Assembly: GCA_963711565.1 (NCBI GenBank)
Contig: CAVQEQ010000003.1
Span: 224,001-288,000 of the forward strand
Source: an uncultured delta proteobacterium
GTDB taxonomy: Bacteria > Desulfobacterota > Binatia > Binatales > Binataceae
Direction of reading: 5' to 3'
DNA length: 64,000 nucleotides
A model generated the notes under the pieces. It did not search any database and was not told the origin of the DNA. It worked only from the letters and a program-made list of their open reading frames with translations. Below, one piece after another: positions 38,565 to 47,459 of the stretch; within the stretch, counting starts at the first letter, position 1; the number at the start of each line of letters is the position of its first letter. Position numbers and translations under genes: made by a program.

Positions 38565-39046
38565 CTGTTCTGACGCAGGTATCGAAACTGCTTGTTGGAG
38601 CTAGTGACGGCAAAAGCCATTTGATGGCAAAAGAAACCATCCTAACTCTTAGCAAAACGGCGTTAGAACTGAGCGACAAGAATCTCGAAGAACTTCGAGT
38701 GATCAGGCAGAGGCTTGTTAGTTCAGGAGTGGACTTGTCGCAAACGCCCACTCAGATAGTAGCAGATGTGCGATGGTGGAAGCTTCGGAAATACTGGGCT
38801 GTTAGAAGCTATAGCCATCGCGTTGGTAGCATCGTGAATCAGCTCGGCGACTTGCATCAGGAGATAATCGCACTAGCGCATTGCCGAGAAGCCGAAGAGT
38901 TTGTTGCAGCGACAGAAGCCCAAGCCTGTGAAGAATCGATAAAACGTCAGGACCTGGTAAGGTCTGTCAAATCACTCGACGATATCTTGAACCAGTTGCT
39001 TACTGATTCGCAGCGGCTGAATGCGATTTTGAGAGGCATTTCCTAA
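38507..39046 (+). CDS. hypothetical protein
   Basis: GGAGG RBS; 179 aa, helical, lower GC. Confidence 0.65.
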   Translation: MPAPALTPHDIIEATGALLTVLTQVSKLLVGASDGKSHLMAKETILTLSKTALELSDKNLEELRVIRQRLVSSGVDLSQTPTQIVADVRWWKLRKYWAVRSYSHRVGSIVNQLGDLHQEIIALAHCREAEEFVAATEAQACEESIKRQDLVRSVKSLDDILNQLLTDSQRLNAILRGIS

Positions 39047-39221
39047 TCAGGGGTAGGTGCGCGATTTGTCCTTTAAAGCACGCTAAGGCCATTCACCAAG
39101 GCCACCGCTGCGACAACCTTGTGGAAATTTCAACAAGGTTGATTTTGTTACGACCGCCTACTGATTCTGGTGTGGCGACCCCTTAGAGGCTGATTTGCCA
39201 GATCCTTGCCGTAACGGTCGG

Positions 39222-42200
39222 TCAGTTGTGAGAGAGTTCGGCGAAACTCTGGATCAAGGAACAATAGGCGCGAACTGTGGGTTCGGCTGCAGCAAGGCCC
39301 GCAAGAATTGTAGCACCAAGAATTTCACGCGGCGCTTTTCGCAAAAGCCGTCCCAGACGGGAAATAAGGTGTGTCGCATCGGTCGCGAGAGTTTGTTCTG
39401 GACGTGGCACTCGCTCGAAAGAAAACCTGAGGCCGCGAAGAAATACCGCTTCAGAGGCGGCCGATGACTCGCCTTTAAGTGCCCATTGGATGGAGGGAAA
39501 GAGCAGGTACGCCCAAGTGTTTGGAGGTGAACCGTCAGAGGAGTCCCAAGGCTCTTCGTTCAGAATAACCAGTACCTCAAGGGCGGCATCGATAACTGCA
39601 TCTCTCAATTCTTTATCCAGTTCGGTGATCAGCCATGTTGTGAGTTGGTCAAAGAGCATCTCGTGCAGAAAGCTCGCGTGAGCTGCGTATGCCAGGAAGA
39701 TCGGTTTAACCTGTGATTTCGACAGGAAACCGCGTATGCGAAGTATTTCCGACGCAAGCGGAAGCTTCCATATCTCACCTTCAACGAGTTTTTGGTCGAG
39801 ACTGAGCAGGTATTCGTCCGCAGCTTGGTCATTATCGCCAATCGGCGATTCCCTGACTATCATCCAGAGCCGGAGCAGTTGTTGCAGATGCGGCCGGCTT
39901 GCTTGTTGGTTCCAAATCCTTCCCCAGATGTCCAAAAGCGGGAGCGTTTCCGCTAACTTTGGCGGCAAGCCATAGCAAAAGCGGAGTGCATTGCTGATCA
40001 GAGCTCCTGGCTTGCCGATAGATGCCAGGTGAGAGAGAGCATCGTCAGTCAGCGGGGGAAGAAATAAGGACTGTTCGATTGAAGCGAGAAGAGCCGGATG
40101 AAGCTCATCAGAATCACGAGAGTATTCTTTCAGCTTGCCGAGCGAGCGGTCCATATCCGTCTCGCGTTGAATGACCCCGGCGAAAGTAGGCGGCCGTTGG
40201 CGCATCCCGTGATGTACGGCAAATCCTTCCGGTACTTGACCCAAACGAGCAATAAGCGCGGCCGCTGCAGAGCAAGTAATCGGTTGCCCATGCCGCAAAG
40301 CGTCTCGGATGGAATTCGTGTTGAGGCCGGCGAATTCGCTGCCGATTACCGCGAGCCATTGGTACGCGTCCGTCCACCGGTTTCTCTTCATTCGTGGATC
40401 GTTCAAACATTCGATTGCAGCTTCGCCAATTGCTCCGCTGTGTTCCTTTACTTCCAGACCGTATTCAAGCAGCACACCGCCATTTGCATCGGCTTCGCTA
40501 CTGCCGGTGCTAAATCTCGTATCGTCGCAAAACATTGCCCACACGACATCCTTCCACGCGGATGGCTCACTATTCGCTCGCAGTATGAGTTCCAGGAAAG
40601 GAGCCGGAGCACCTTGGTTTCTAATCTCCTCACTCGCTTCCTTGAGGGCGAGAGCAAACTCCGGGTCGCGCGCAATTCGGACCATAAGGTTGGAAAGTTC
40701 CCAGGGTCTTCCCGGTTTTGTTTTTATGGCGATACACTTTGCTTCTATCTTGGGTGACAATTGCCCACGATGGAGGTCGAACAGATGGCTTGCCGCTTGC
40801 TCTGCGGATTCGGAACTCGGATGGTCCAGTTGAGCGATGAGCCGGACAATCGAATCTTTTTCGCCTAGCACCGCCTGTCCGACAGGGTCTCGCGCCAGAT
40901 ACCAGTTTCCGGGCGCGAGAAGACTCGATTCCAATTCAGCGCGGTACGCTGGGTCGATCTCTAGCCCTCCTTTCAGAAGCAGGACAAGGGCCAGAACCCG
41001 AGAGTGTATATCCAAGAACTGCAATTGACTTTTCAGTGAGGAAAGAACGCTGGGTGTAAAATTCAGCGTGAGGCAGAACAACTCCCATTCTCTCCCGTCG
41101 AAATCAGACCGCCGGCCCGCCCTCGCTCGAATAGCGACGAAAAGCGCCTCTGCTTCGTTTCCAGGATCGGTCGCTACAAGGATCAGCGCCGCCCCTCGGC
41201 GCGTTTTCGGGTCAAGGCTGTGGAGTTGGGTACGCAACGCCTTTCGGAAGTCCAGCCCTCGGGACCCATTCAGCAAATGCAGGAAAGCCTCACGCACTTC
41301 TGGATATCGGGGCAGCGTGAATGGCCCCATGTTCCGAGCGCATCCGGCTAATACTTCCGGGCCGTCGTTCAGCTGCCCGATGTGATTGAGCAGGACTCGC
41401 CAGCAACCGGAGTGGGCACCGAAAGAGTCGTAGCTTCCAGATATTCGTGAAGCCAGCCAGCGGACTCCTTGATCGCCATTGTCCGTTACGAGTGCGGCCA
41501 GAGTCTTCTCTGCTTCCACCATGTATCCGCCATCGTGCATGGCCCGTATCAGAACGTCGCCGAGGATGGATAATCTGCGCTCGCCTCCTTCGTAGAGAAC
41601 AGTGGCCGCTCCGGCGGCGCTGGCATCGACAGTCGAGAGCATCCATCTTGCGAAGTAGGACCATCGCTTTTCTGAGAGTCTTTCGCTACAGCCGGAGAAA
41701 AACTGCTTCGCGACGGACAGACTTCGTCGATTGACGAGAGAGCGAAAGGCTGACCGGATCAGCGATACAGGGAGCTCGAGGCCGGGGTTCAACTGGAGCC
41801 AGAGGAGGCCAGCTCGCTCGCTCTCGGCAGCGCGATACTGGAGCACGTTGTTTAGCAGCGGTTGGTTTTCGCCGCCTTGTCTGAGAATCGAGAACTCTTC
41901 CGCAACCCAGTCGCCAAAGGGCGGACTTTCCAGAGCGTGGGATTGATACCAAAAACGGTCAGCCAGTTCGAAGGCTTGCGGAACCAACACCGCTAGGAGC
42001 CTCAGTACGCCAAAAAATTGACCTTCACCCGTAGCCAGGTAGGGCTTAACCAGAGTTGTGAGCTGTTGCTTCTGAGCCTCAGTGAGTTGCCCTCTCGATA
42101 GCGCGGCCCACTCCTCCAACACATCTCTGATTACGCCACTTCCGGCAAAGACAAGAGGATATCGTGGATCCAGATATTGGCTAAATAGCCATTCAAATCC

Positions 42201-44747
42201 CGTTTCACCGGCGAGCCAAAGAGTTTTGGCTATGTTACGCGCCGAAACTCTTGGTTCGTCGCCCAAGACCGTCAAAGGACGATACCCCAGAGTCTGGAAA
42301 GCCTTGACGGTTTTTTCAGCGTATGCGGCCTGCGATGTTTCGACGATGATGTAGCACGCGGCTGGCAAACCAGATGCACTCGTTAGTAATGAATCGACGA
42401 ACTGCAGAATCGGAGCTTGCAGTTCGGCTAACCAACCACGACGGCGAGCGACTGCAGCGGCAAATGATACGACCCGCCATCGTGTGTGGTCGGGCAGTAT
42501 CCAATTTCCCATCTGGGATCTCCATTGCGTCAGAAGACCAATGGCTGCCGATACTTCGACCAATGGCTGCAGCGGAAACTCAATAATGTCGCCCTTCGCA
42601 ATAAGACCTAGCCACGCGAAACAGGTTAATGCCTCTTCTGCAAGGAGGTATTTGTTAGCACCGCTGATTGACGCTGCTGCGTCCTGAAGACTCGCTTTTG
42701 CTTCATCCACTGTCATGCGCGAGGCCCCGATTGCCTTGTATGCGAGCACCGCCAGGAGCTCGGCTTTCGCCTCCGGGGTCGGAAGCATTGAGTCGAAGTG
42801 TCCGAAAGTCGAAGGTTTATCGTCTCGCTTGTGCCACCCTCCCAAACGCTCAAGAAGCAGCTCGTAGAGCAGGTCCCCCAACGTCAGTGATTTATTTGAG
42901 GAGGATTCACGAATACGCGGATAGACCAGGCGAATGGTAAGTGGTGAGTTCGCGAGTGCGTCAAGCGCCGGCATTTCCTTGAGCGCTTGCAACAAAGTTG
43001 CCGCCTTCTCGCCAGCTTGGGCGGGAGCTGCTCCATCGGCGACCATTTCCTCGGCGATCAACTGCTGCTTCGCATCGTCGCCCAGTGGCACTGTGTGGAC
43101 CACTAGCCAGTCAGTGTATGAAACACCGGTCATCTCGATCGGGCGTGCGGTAGCTGCGACCTGGATTGTGGGCCAGTGCTCAGGCAGAGTACCCGCTTCG
43201 CGCAGGACGCGGGCAGCAGCCTCTGGGGCTAATTCATCTAAACCATCGAGTACGAGCAGCACCTCGATCTGGTGCTCAAGCAGAGAATCAAGCTCAACTC
43301 CTTGAACGTTCGGGACCGCTTGCGTGGCAACGTAGTCATTGATGCTCTGCAATAGCTCCCGCTGTGTAAACTGGCTTTGTAGTCGTAAGATTTTCGCGGG
43401 AATAAAGGCCGCAATCGCAGTCTCGGACTGGTCAATAGTCTCGATGACCAATTGCGCGCCCAAGGTACTCTTCCCGGCGCCGAGATCACCAACGAGGAGG
43501 GTACGACGCCCTCTGCGCGTTGCTTCGTAAAAAGGGATTATCTGTTCAGTTCCATCCGGTCTGACGAATCGCCCCTCCGGATCGAACTGTTGGCGTTGCG
43601 CGCTGACGCGCACGGAGACTTCGCGCGGCACGAGTCGAGGAAGTCGGCCCATGGGTCGCAAGAGTCGCGACTTTTGTTCCAAAATTCTCGAGGCATGGGC
43701 TCGAAGAGCAGTGCGAAGCGCAGCCGCGGTGAATTGTGGTTTTGCGAGGGCCGCGGGTCCTTCAGTTTTTTTTTCCGATCCCAGTGGGAGGCTAACAGCC
43801 TCGTTCGATTTCCATTTGTTTTCGGCGGAGCGTGGGTCGAATTCGAACGATCGATAGATGATCCTCTCGCGACTGATTTGCAGTAGACGAAACGAATTGA
43901 AGTGCGATGCCTTGGCGTACGCAGAGCCACCCGCAAAGTGGTATGCGCTCTCTGCGATGCGATTGGAGGGACGCACTTCGGCATGCGTATGACCGGTCAG
44001 GATAACGTGGGAGCGTTGAGCCAGATAGTCGACTGTATTGGGCCGGGAGCTTGAAGCTCGCTGCTCATCAGGATGCAGCCATTCAGGTGGGTGGTGCATG
44101 AGAGCGACGGTAACGGGTCCTTTACCGTCGAAGGAAACCAGTGAAAGCTGGTCGTGTGCCTCCAGGTACTTAAGGTGAGGCCGCCCTAGCCAAAGTCTGT
44201 CCTTGTCGTCGTCGTCTTTTGCAAACCATGCAGAATTGAGTGTTACAAATCGCAGGTCGCGGATGGTTCGTTCGCCGACAAGATATGATTCGTCGTTCCC
44301 AAGTTTGGATGGAGGCAGGCCGAGTTCTTTACAAAATTCGCTGTATCCCGAAAACGACTGAAGGTACTGTTCTGCCAGGGGTGGCTCCAGAACTTCGTCT
44401 GCTTCTGCGGAAGTTGGAGGCCGGGCGATCTTGCGGGCTTGTTCGCGAATGATGTCGTGGTTGCCAGGGCAGGCGACGAATTGACTGTAGTCTAGACCAG
44501 AACATTCGATAAGTCGGTTAAGCCACAGCTTTGCCTCGGTGTAGTCAGATGGGGCACCGCGCCATCCTACGTCACCGGTTAGGCAGATGATCGATGGTTT
44601 CCACGGTGGCTGCAGTCTTGAAATTTCACCAAGCAACGACTCCAGACAGACTGTTCGGTCGGCCTTTTGGCTCGAATTATTTCCCTCCCACCCGAAATGA
44701 ATGTCGGTGATGTGAAGGATCGTTTCCGTCACGCTCACGGTCCGCAC
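39222..44747 (-). CDS. calcineurin-like metallophosphoesterase + NACHT/STAND NTPase + long helical repeat protein (bacterial NLR-like)
   Basis: DIH, GD, GNHD, HHP, GHTH phosphoesterase motifs; GDLGAGKS Walker A; LVLDGLDE Walker B; 1841 aa. Confidence 0.88.
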   Translation of the reverse strand: MRTVSVTETILHITDIHFGWEGNNSSQKADRTVCLESLLGEISRLQPPWKPSIICLTGDVGWRGAPSDYTEAKLWLNRLIECSGLDYSQFVACPGNHDIIREQARKIARPPTSAEADEVLEPPLAEQYLQSFSGYSEFCKELGLPPSKLGNDESYLVGERTIRDLRFVTLNSAWFAKDDDDKDRLWLGRPHLKYLEAHDQLSLVSFDGKGPVTVALMHHPPEWLHPDEQRASSSRPNTVDYLAQRSHVILTGHTHAEVRPSNRIAESAYHFAGGSAYAKASHFNSFRLLQISRERIIYRSFEFDPRSAENKWKSNEAVSLPLGSEKKTEGPAALAKPQFTAAALRTALRAHASRILEQKSRLLRPMGRLPRLVPREVSVRVSAQRQQFDPEGRFVRPDGTEQIIPFYEATRRGRRTLLVGDLGAGKSTLGAQLVIETIDQSETAIAAFIPAKILRLQSQFTQRELLQSINDYVATQAVPNVQGVELDSLLEHQIEVLLVLDGLDELAPEAAARVLREAGTLPEHWPTIQVAATARPIEMTGVSYTDWLVVHTVPLGDDAKQQLIAEEMVADGAAPAQAGEKAATLLQALKEMPALDALANSPLTIRLVYPRIRESSSNKSLTLGDLLYELLLERLGGWHKRDDKPSTFGHFDSMLPTPEAKAELLAVLAYKAIGASRMTVDEAKASLQDAAASISGANKYLLAEEALTCFAWLGLIAKGDIIEFPLQPLVEVSAAIGLLTQWRSQMGNWILPDHTRWRVVSFAAAVARRRGWLAELQAPILQFVDSLLTSASGLPAACYIIVETSQAAYAEKTVKAFQTLGYRPLTVLGDEPRVSARNIAKTLWLAGETGFEWLFSQYLDPRYPLVFAGSGVIRDVLEEWAALSRGQLTEAQKQQLTTLVKPYLATGEGQFFGVLRLLAVLVPQAFELADRFWYQSHALESPPFGDWVAEEFSILRQGGENQPLLNNVLQYRAAESERAGLLWLQLNPGLELPVSLIRSAFRSLVNRRSLSVAKQFFSGCSERLSEKRWSYFARWMLSTVDASAAGAATVLYEGGERRLSILGDVLIRAMHDGGYMVEAEKTLAALVTDNGDQGVRWLASRISGSYDSFGAHSGCWRVLLNHIGQLNDGPEVLAGCARNMGPFTLPRYPEVREAFLHLLNGSRGLDFRKALRTQLHSLDPKTRRGAALILVATDPGNEAEALFVAIRARAGRRSDFDGREWELFCLTLNFTPSVLSSLKSQLQFLDIHSRVLALVLLLKGGLEIDPAYRAELESSLLAPGNWYLARDPVGQAVLGEKDSIVRLIAQLDHPSSESAEQAASHLFDLHRGQLSPKIEAKCIAIKTKPGRPWELSNLMVRIARDPEFALALKEASEEIRNQGAPAPFLELILRANSEPSAWKDVVWAMFCDDTRFSTGSSEADANGGVLLEYGLEVKEHSGAIGEAAIECLNDPRMKRNRWTDAYQWLAVIGSEFAGLNTNSIRDALRHGQPITCSAAAALIARLGQVPEGFAVHHGMRQRPPTFAGVIQRETDMDRSLGKLKEYSRDSDELHPALLASIEQSLFLPPLTDDALSHLASIGKPGALISNALRFCYGLPPKLAETLPLLDIWGRIWNQQASRPHLQQLLRLWMIVRESPIGDNDQAADEYLLSLDQKLVEGEIWKLPLASEILRIRGFLSKSQVKPIFLAYAAHASFLHEMLFDQLTTWLITELDKELRDAVIDAALEVLVILNEEPWDSSDGSPPNTWAYLLFPSIQWALKGESSAASEAVFLRGLRFSFERVPRPEQTLATDATHLISRLGRLLRKAPREILGATILAGLAAAEPTVRAYCSLIQSFAELSHN

Positions 44748-44835
44748 CTCTTAGGAACCGATGCTCTGGTACTTGTCGAAGTGTTCCAGATTATCTCGTT
44801 GGTGGTGATAAAGAACATCGCTCCAGCTTTTTTCG

Positions 44836-45768
44836 TCAGATTGTGCAGGCGGACATCTGTTCGGCTAGTTCTTTCAGCGTACCCAGGCACGCGGCAAAGT
44901 CTACGCGGTCGCCATAGACCATGTCTCGCTGAAATTTCTCGTATCGCTGACTGTAGGTTGGATCGCTCGCCAGGCCATCAACGGCTCGGAGCGTCTCGGC
45001 CATCGGGTTCGCTCGATACGCCGGGAATTGATTCCCGTAAGCTTCGGCGTCAGCCAGCATGATTGGATTCAGCAAGGAGGCGAACTCGACCCGGTCATAG
45101 CGGTCGCGGGCAACGTGCAGGTCGTAAATGTGGCGCACGAGCGTATCGTCGCGTTCAAGGTCGGGATCTGCGAGTTCGGCGCCGGCACGCCGGGTCAAGG
45201 CGACGAATTTATCCGCTGCTGTCTCGACGATTGAGACGCATGAAATATTGGCGATCTCGGGAGGACGCTGGAAAGCCTCTGCCACGAAGGAACTGACTGG
45301 CAGAGCGATCGCCTGCATTCGAAGCGGCCAAAGCGATACTTCGATCTGGATTTCTGGGCGCAGAGCTCCCTCTCCGCGTAAAAGCGGCTCATAGGGCAAG
45401 CGGTAAATCGTGTAGCGGCTTTCGTTCCGGGATGCCCTGTGTGCTGGATCGTTCGGATCGAAGCGGAACCCCGCTGCCAGAAGCGCTTCGGTGATTGTTT
45501 CCCGCAATCCGCGCAATGCCGGGCGTGTCGGTTCAGGGTCGGAGACAATTCTCAAATCGATGTCTTCCGACATCCGGCGGATTATTCGATGAGCCCGGCT
45601 TAATGATGTGCCGCCGCCGAAGACCAAACGGAGCGGTGTTGTGTCAATCGCTATTATCGCGGCGAGCGCCTGGACGACGCGGAAGTCTTTTTCCACGAGT
45701 GCCGCGCTTGGCAATCCGAAATGCTGCTGGACTTCCAGCAGATCCCGCAGCGTGATTTCATCGCTCAA
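44836..45768 (-). CDS. AbiEii/AbiGii nucleotidyltransferase toxin
   Basis: VEKD, FGGGTSLSRA...RMSEDIDL, RHIYDL. Confidence 0.93.
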   Translation of the reverse strand: MSDEITLRDLLEVQQHFGLPSAALVEKDFRVVQALAAIIAIDTTPLRLVFGGGTSLSRAHRIIRRMSEDIDLRIVSDPEPTRPALRGLRETITEALLAAGFRFDPNDPAHRASRNESRYTIYRLPYEPLLRGEGALRPEIQIEVSLWPLRMQAIALPVSSFVAEAFQRPPEIANISCVSIVETAADKFVALTRRAGAELADPDLERDDTLVRHIYDLHVARDRYDRVEFASLLNPIMLADAEAYGNQFPAYRANPMAETLRAVDGLASDPTYSQRYEKFQRDMVYGDRVDFAACLGTLKELAEQMSACTI

Positions 45769-46171
45769 GGATTAGCTCCGTGTTCCCGTCCCGGAGCTGG
45801 CGCGAGAAACGCCCTTTCACGCGGACAACAGGGTTGACCGGCACCTGGGTTGATCGACCTTCGTTATAAGCGCGCTCGGCTTCGGTCGGTTCCCACGCGA
45901 CGCCAAGCTTGGTGAGTGCCTGACGTGCTGCGCCGATGAAGCCGCCTTGACTGTAGAGAATTGGCTTGCCCGAGAGCCGCGAAATGGTCGCGCGCCCGTA
46001 GACGCCGTAACCGAGGCGGACGAGCCGTTTTTCGCGCACGAGAGTACGAAGGGCGCGCAGAACCTGGTCTTCGCCACCGAGATCGTCGAACTCGCGAGTC
46101 AGGAACACGTCGTCGCGTTTTCGAGCGATCCGTGTCTCCACTCTGTTCAGCAATGTCTTGCGCTGTGCCAT
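45758..46171 (-). CDS. AbiEi-like (DUF6088-type) antitoxin
   Basis: VFLTREF.DLG..DQV.RALR.LV....LVRLGYGVY wHTH; YNEGRSTQVP; overlaps the toxin gene. Confidence 0.88.
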   Translation of the reverse strand: MAQRKTLLNRVETRIARKRDDVFLTREFDDLGGEDQVLRALRTLVREKRLVRLGYGVYGRATISRLSGKPILYSQGGFIGAARQALTKLGVAWEPTEAERAYNEGRSTQVPVNPVVRVKGRFSRQLRDGNTELILER

Positions 46172-46183
46172 GATGTTCCTCTA

Positions 46184-46220
46184 CAAAAACCCGACACTCA
46201 TCATACGCAAAAACCCGACA
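46184..46220. promoter_or_regulatory. 13-bp direct repeat, putative AbiEi operator
   Basis: CAAAAACCCGACA at 46184 and 46208. Confidence 0.6.
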
Positions 46221-46626
46221 ATTTGCAAGTCTTTGTTTGATAAATTCCTCTGGATCTATCGGCCTTTTCCCCTCGTCGGGTTGCAACCATCACGCATGCT
46301 AAAGCACATCATCATTCATGGTCCGGCGCCCGTGCAGGCGAGGAGCCCGGAAAATTTATTTCTAAAGCTTAACGATTTTTTAAGCTTTGTTCCGTATTTG
46401 TAATAAGCACTGGTTGTAGTTCCGTAACATTGATTGGAGTTGGTGATGGAAACGAGGTTGGTTCTGAGCACGGTGAGTGGAGCGTTTTTTTCCTGGATGA
46501 CTGCCTATGTGATCCGGGATGAGGAAGAAGAGATTGAATCGGTGATCCCGATGGCGCTGGTGGTTTGCTTGTCGAAGCGCGAGCGCCCTGGTCGCGATTT
46601 TGGTCGGCAGTCCTAGGAGAAAATCA

Positions 46627-46824
46627 ATGGAAAAGGCGGAATTTGAAAAGGCGCTTAAGAGCGTCTCAGAGTACGGCTGCGCCGAGAATGTTGATTGGCT
46701 GTTCGATCAGTTCGGGACGGTGGTATCGCGGCAGGGTTTGGATGATGCGGTGTGTGCGGCGGAGCGGGGAGGTCACCGGCAAGTGGTGCAAACGCTGCGG
46801 GCGCGTGGTTGTGTGTTGTCGTGA
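46627..46824 (+). CDS. small ankyrin-like protein
   Basis: AGGAG RBS; AAERGGHRQVVQTL. Confidence 0.45.
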   Translation: MEKAEFEKALKSVSEYGCAENVDWLFDQFGTVVSRQGLDDAVCAAERGGHRQVVQTLRARGCVLS

Positions 46825-46834
46825 GGGCGTGTCG

Positions 46835-47191
46835 TCATGATGTGGGCTTGGCGGCGAGTGACTTGCGGCGCTCGTCGTGTGAGCCGTCACGATATCCGCG
46901 CCGGTAGTCCTCTGAGCCTGGAGGCAACAGGCTCTGGACCGCCCGGAGCGGCTTCTCGGCTGCGGCACGGTGGGCAGCGCTCTTGATGCCGGCAACGGCG
47001 ATCTTGGCCCTGCGTGCGGCCTCTGCAATGCCCTCCCGACGACCTTCGGCTTTTTCGCTCGCGGCCCATGCGGTGATGCGCTGTTGCAGCCGGTGGGCGT
47101 CTCCCTGAGAGATGCGCCCGATGTCATGCAGGCCCTGGGCAATCTCGTGCGGGGACAGGAGCGGTTCTGGCTGCGGCTGCGGGCGTGTCAT
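46835..47191 (-). CDS. hypothetical protein
   Basis: GAGG RBS; 118 aa, downstream of the relaxase. Confidence 0.5.
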   Translation of the reverse strand: MTRPQPQPEPLLSPHEIAQGLHDIGRISQGDAHRLQQRITAWAASEKAEGRREGIAEAARRAKIAVAGIKSAAHRAAAEKPLRAVQSLLPPGSEDYRRGYRDGSHDERRKSLAAKPTS

Positions 47192-47459
47192 GCCTCGGAT
47201 GGTAGCTCATCGGAGTGAAAGCTTGGTTAAAACGGACGTGGGGCCTTGGCTTTACGCGGCCGTTTGGAGTGGTGGAATTTCGACTCGGTGAGTTCGCGTG
47301 CGATCAAACGCCAGAGTGTCCTCAATTTCGACGGCAGGTTGGAGGCCGTCAAGAGCCAGCCAACCTGCCGGAACAGGGACAGGAGTCGCGGCTTGAGCAA
47401 CTGATATTTGCGGGGGGTTGGTTTCGTTCGCCCTGGCTGTCCCGCGACGCCGGGGCGGC

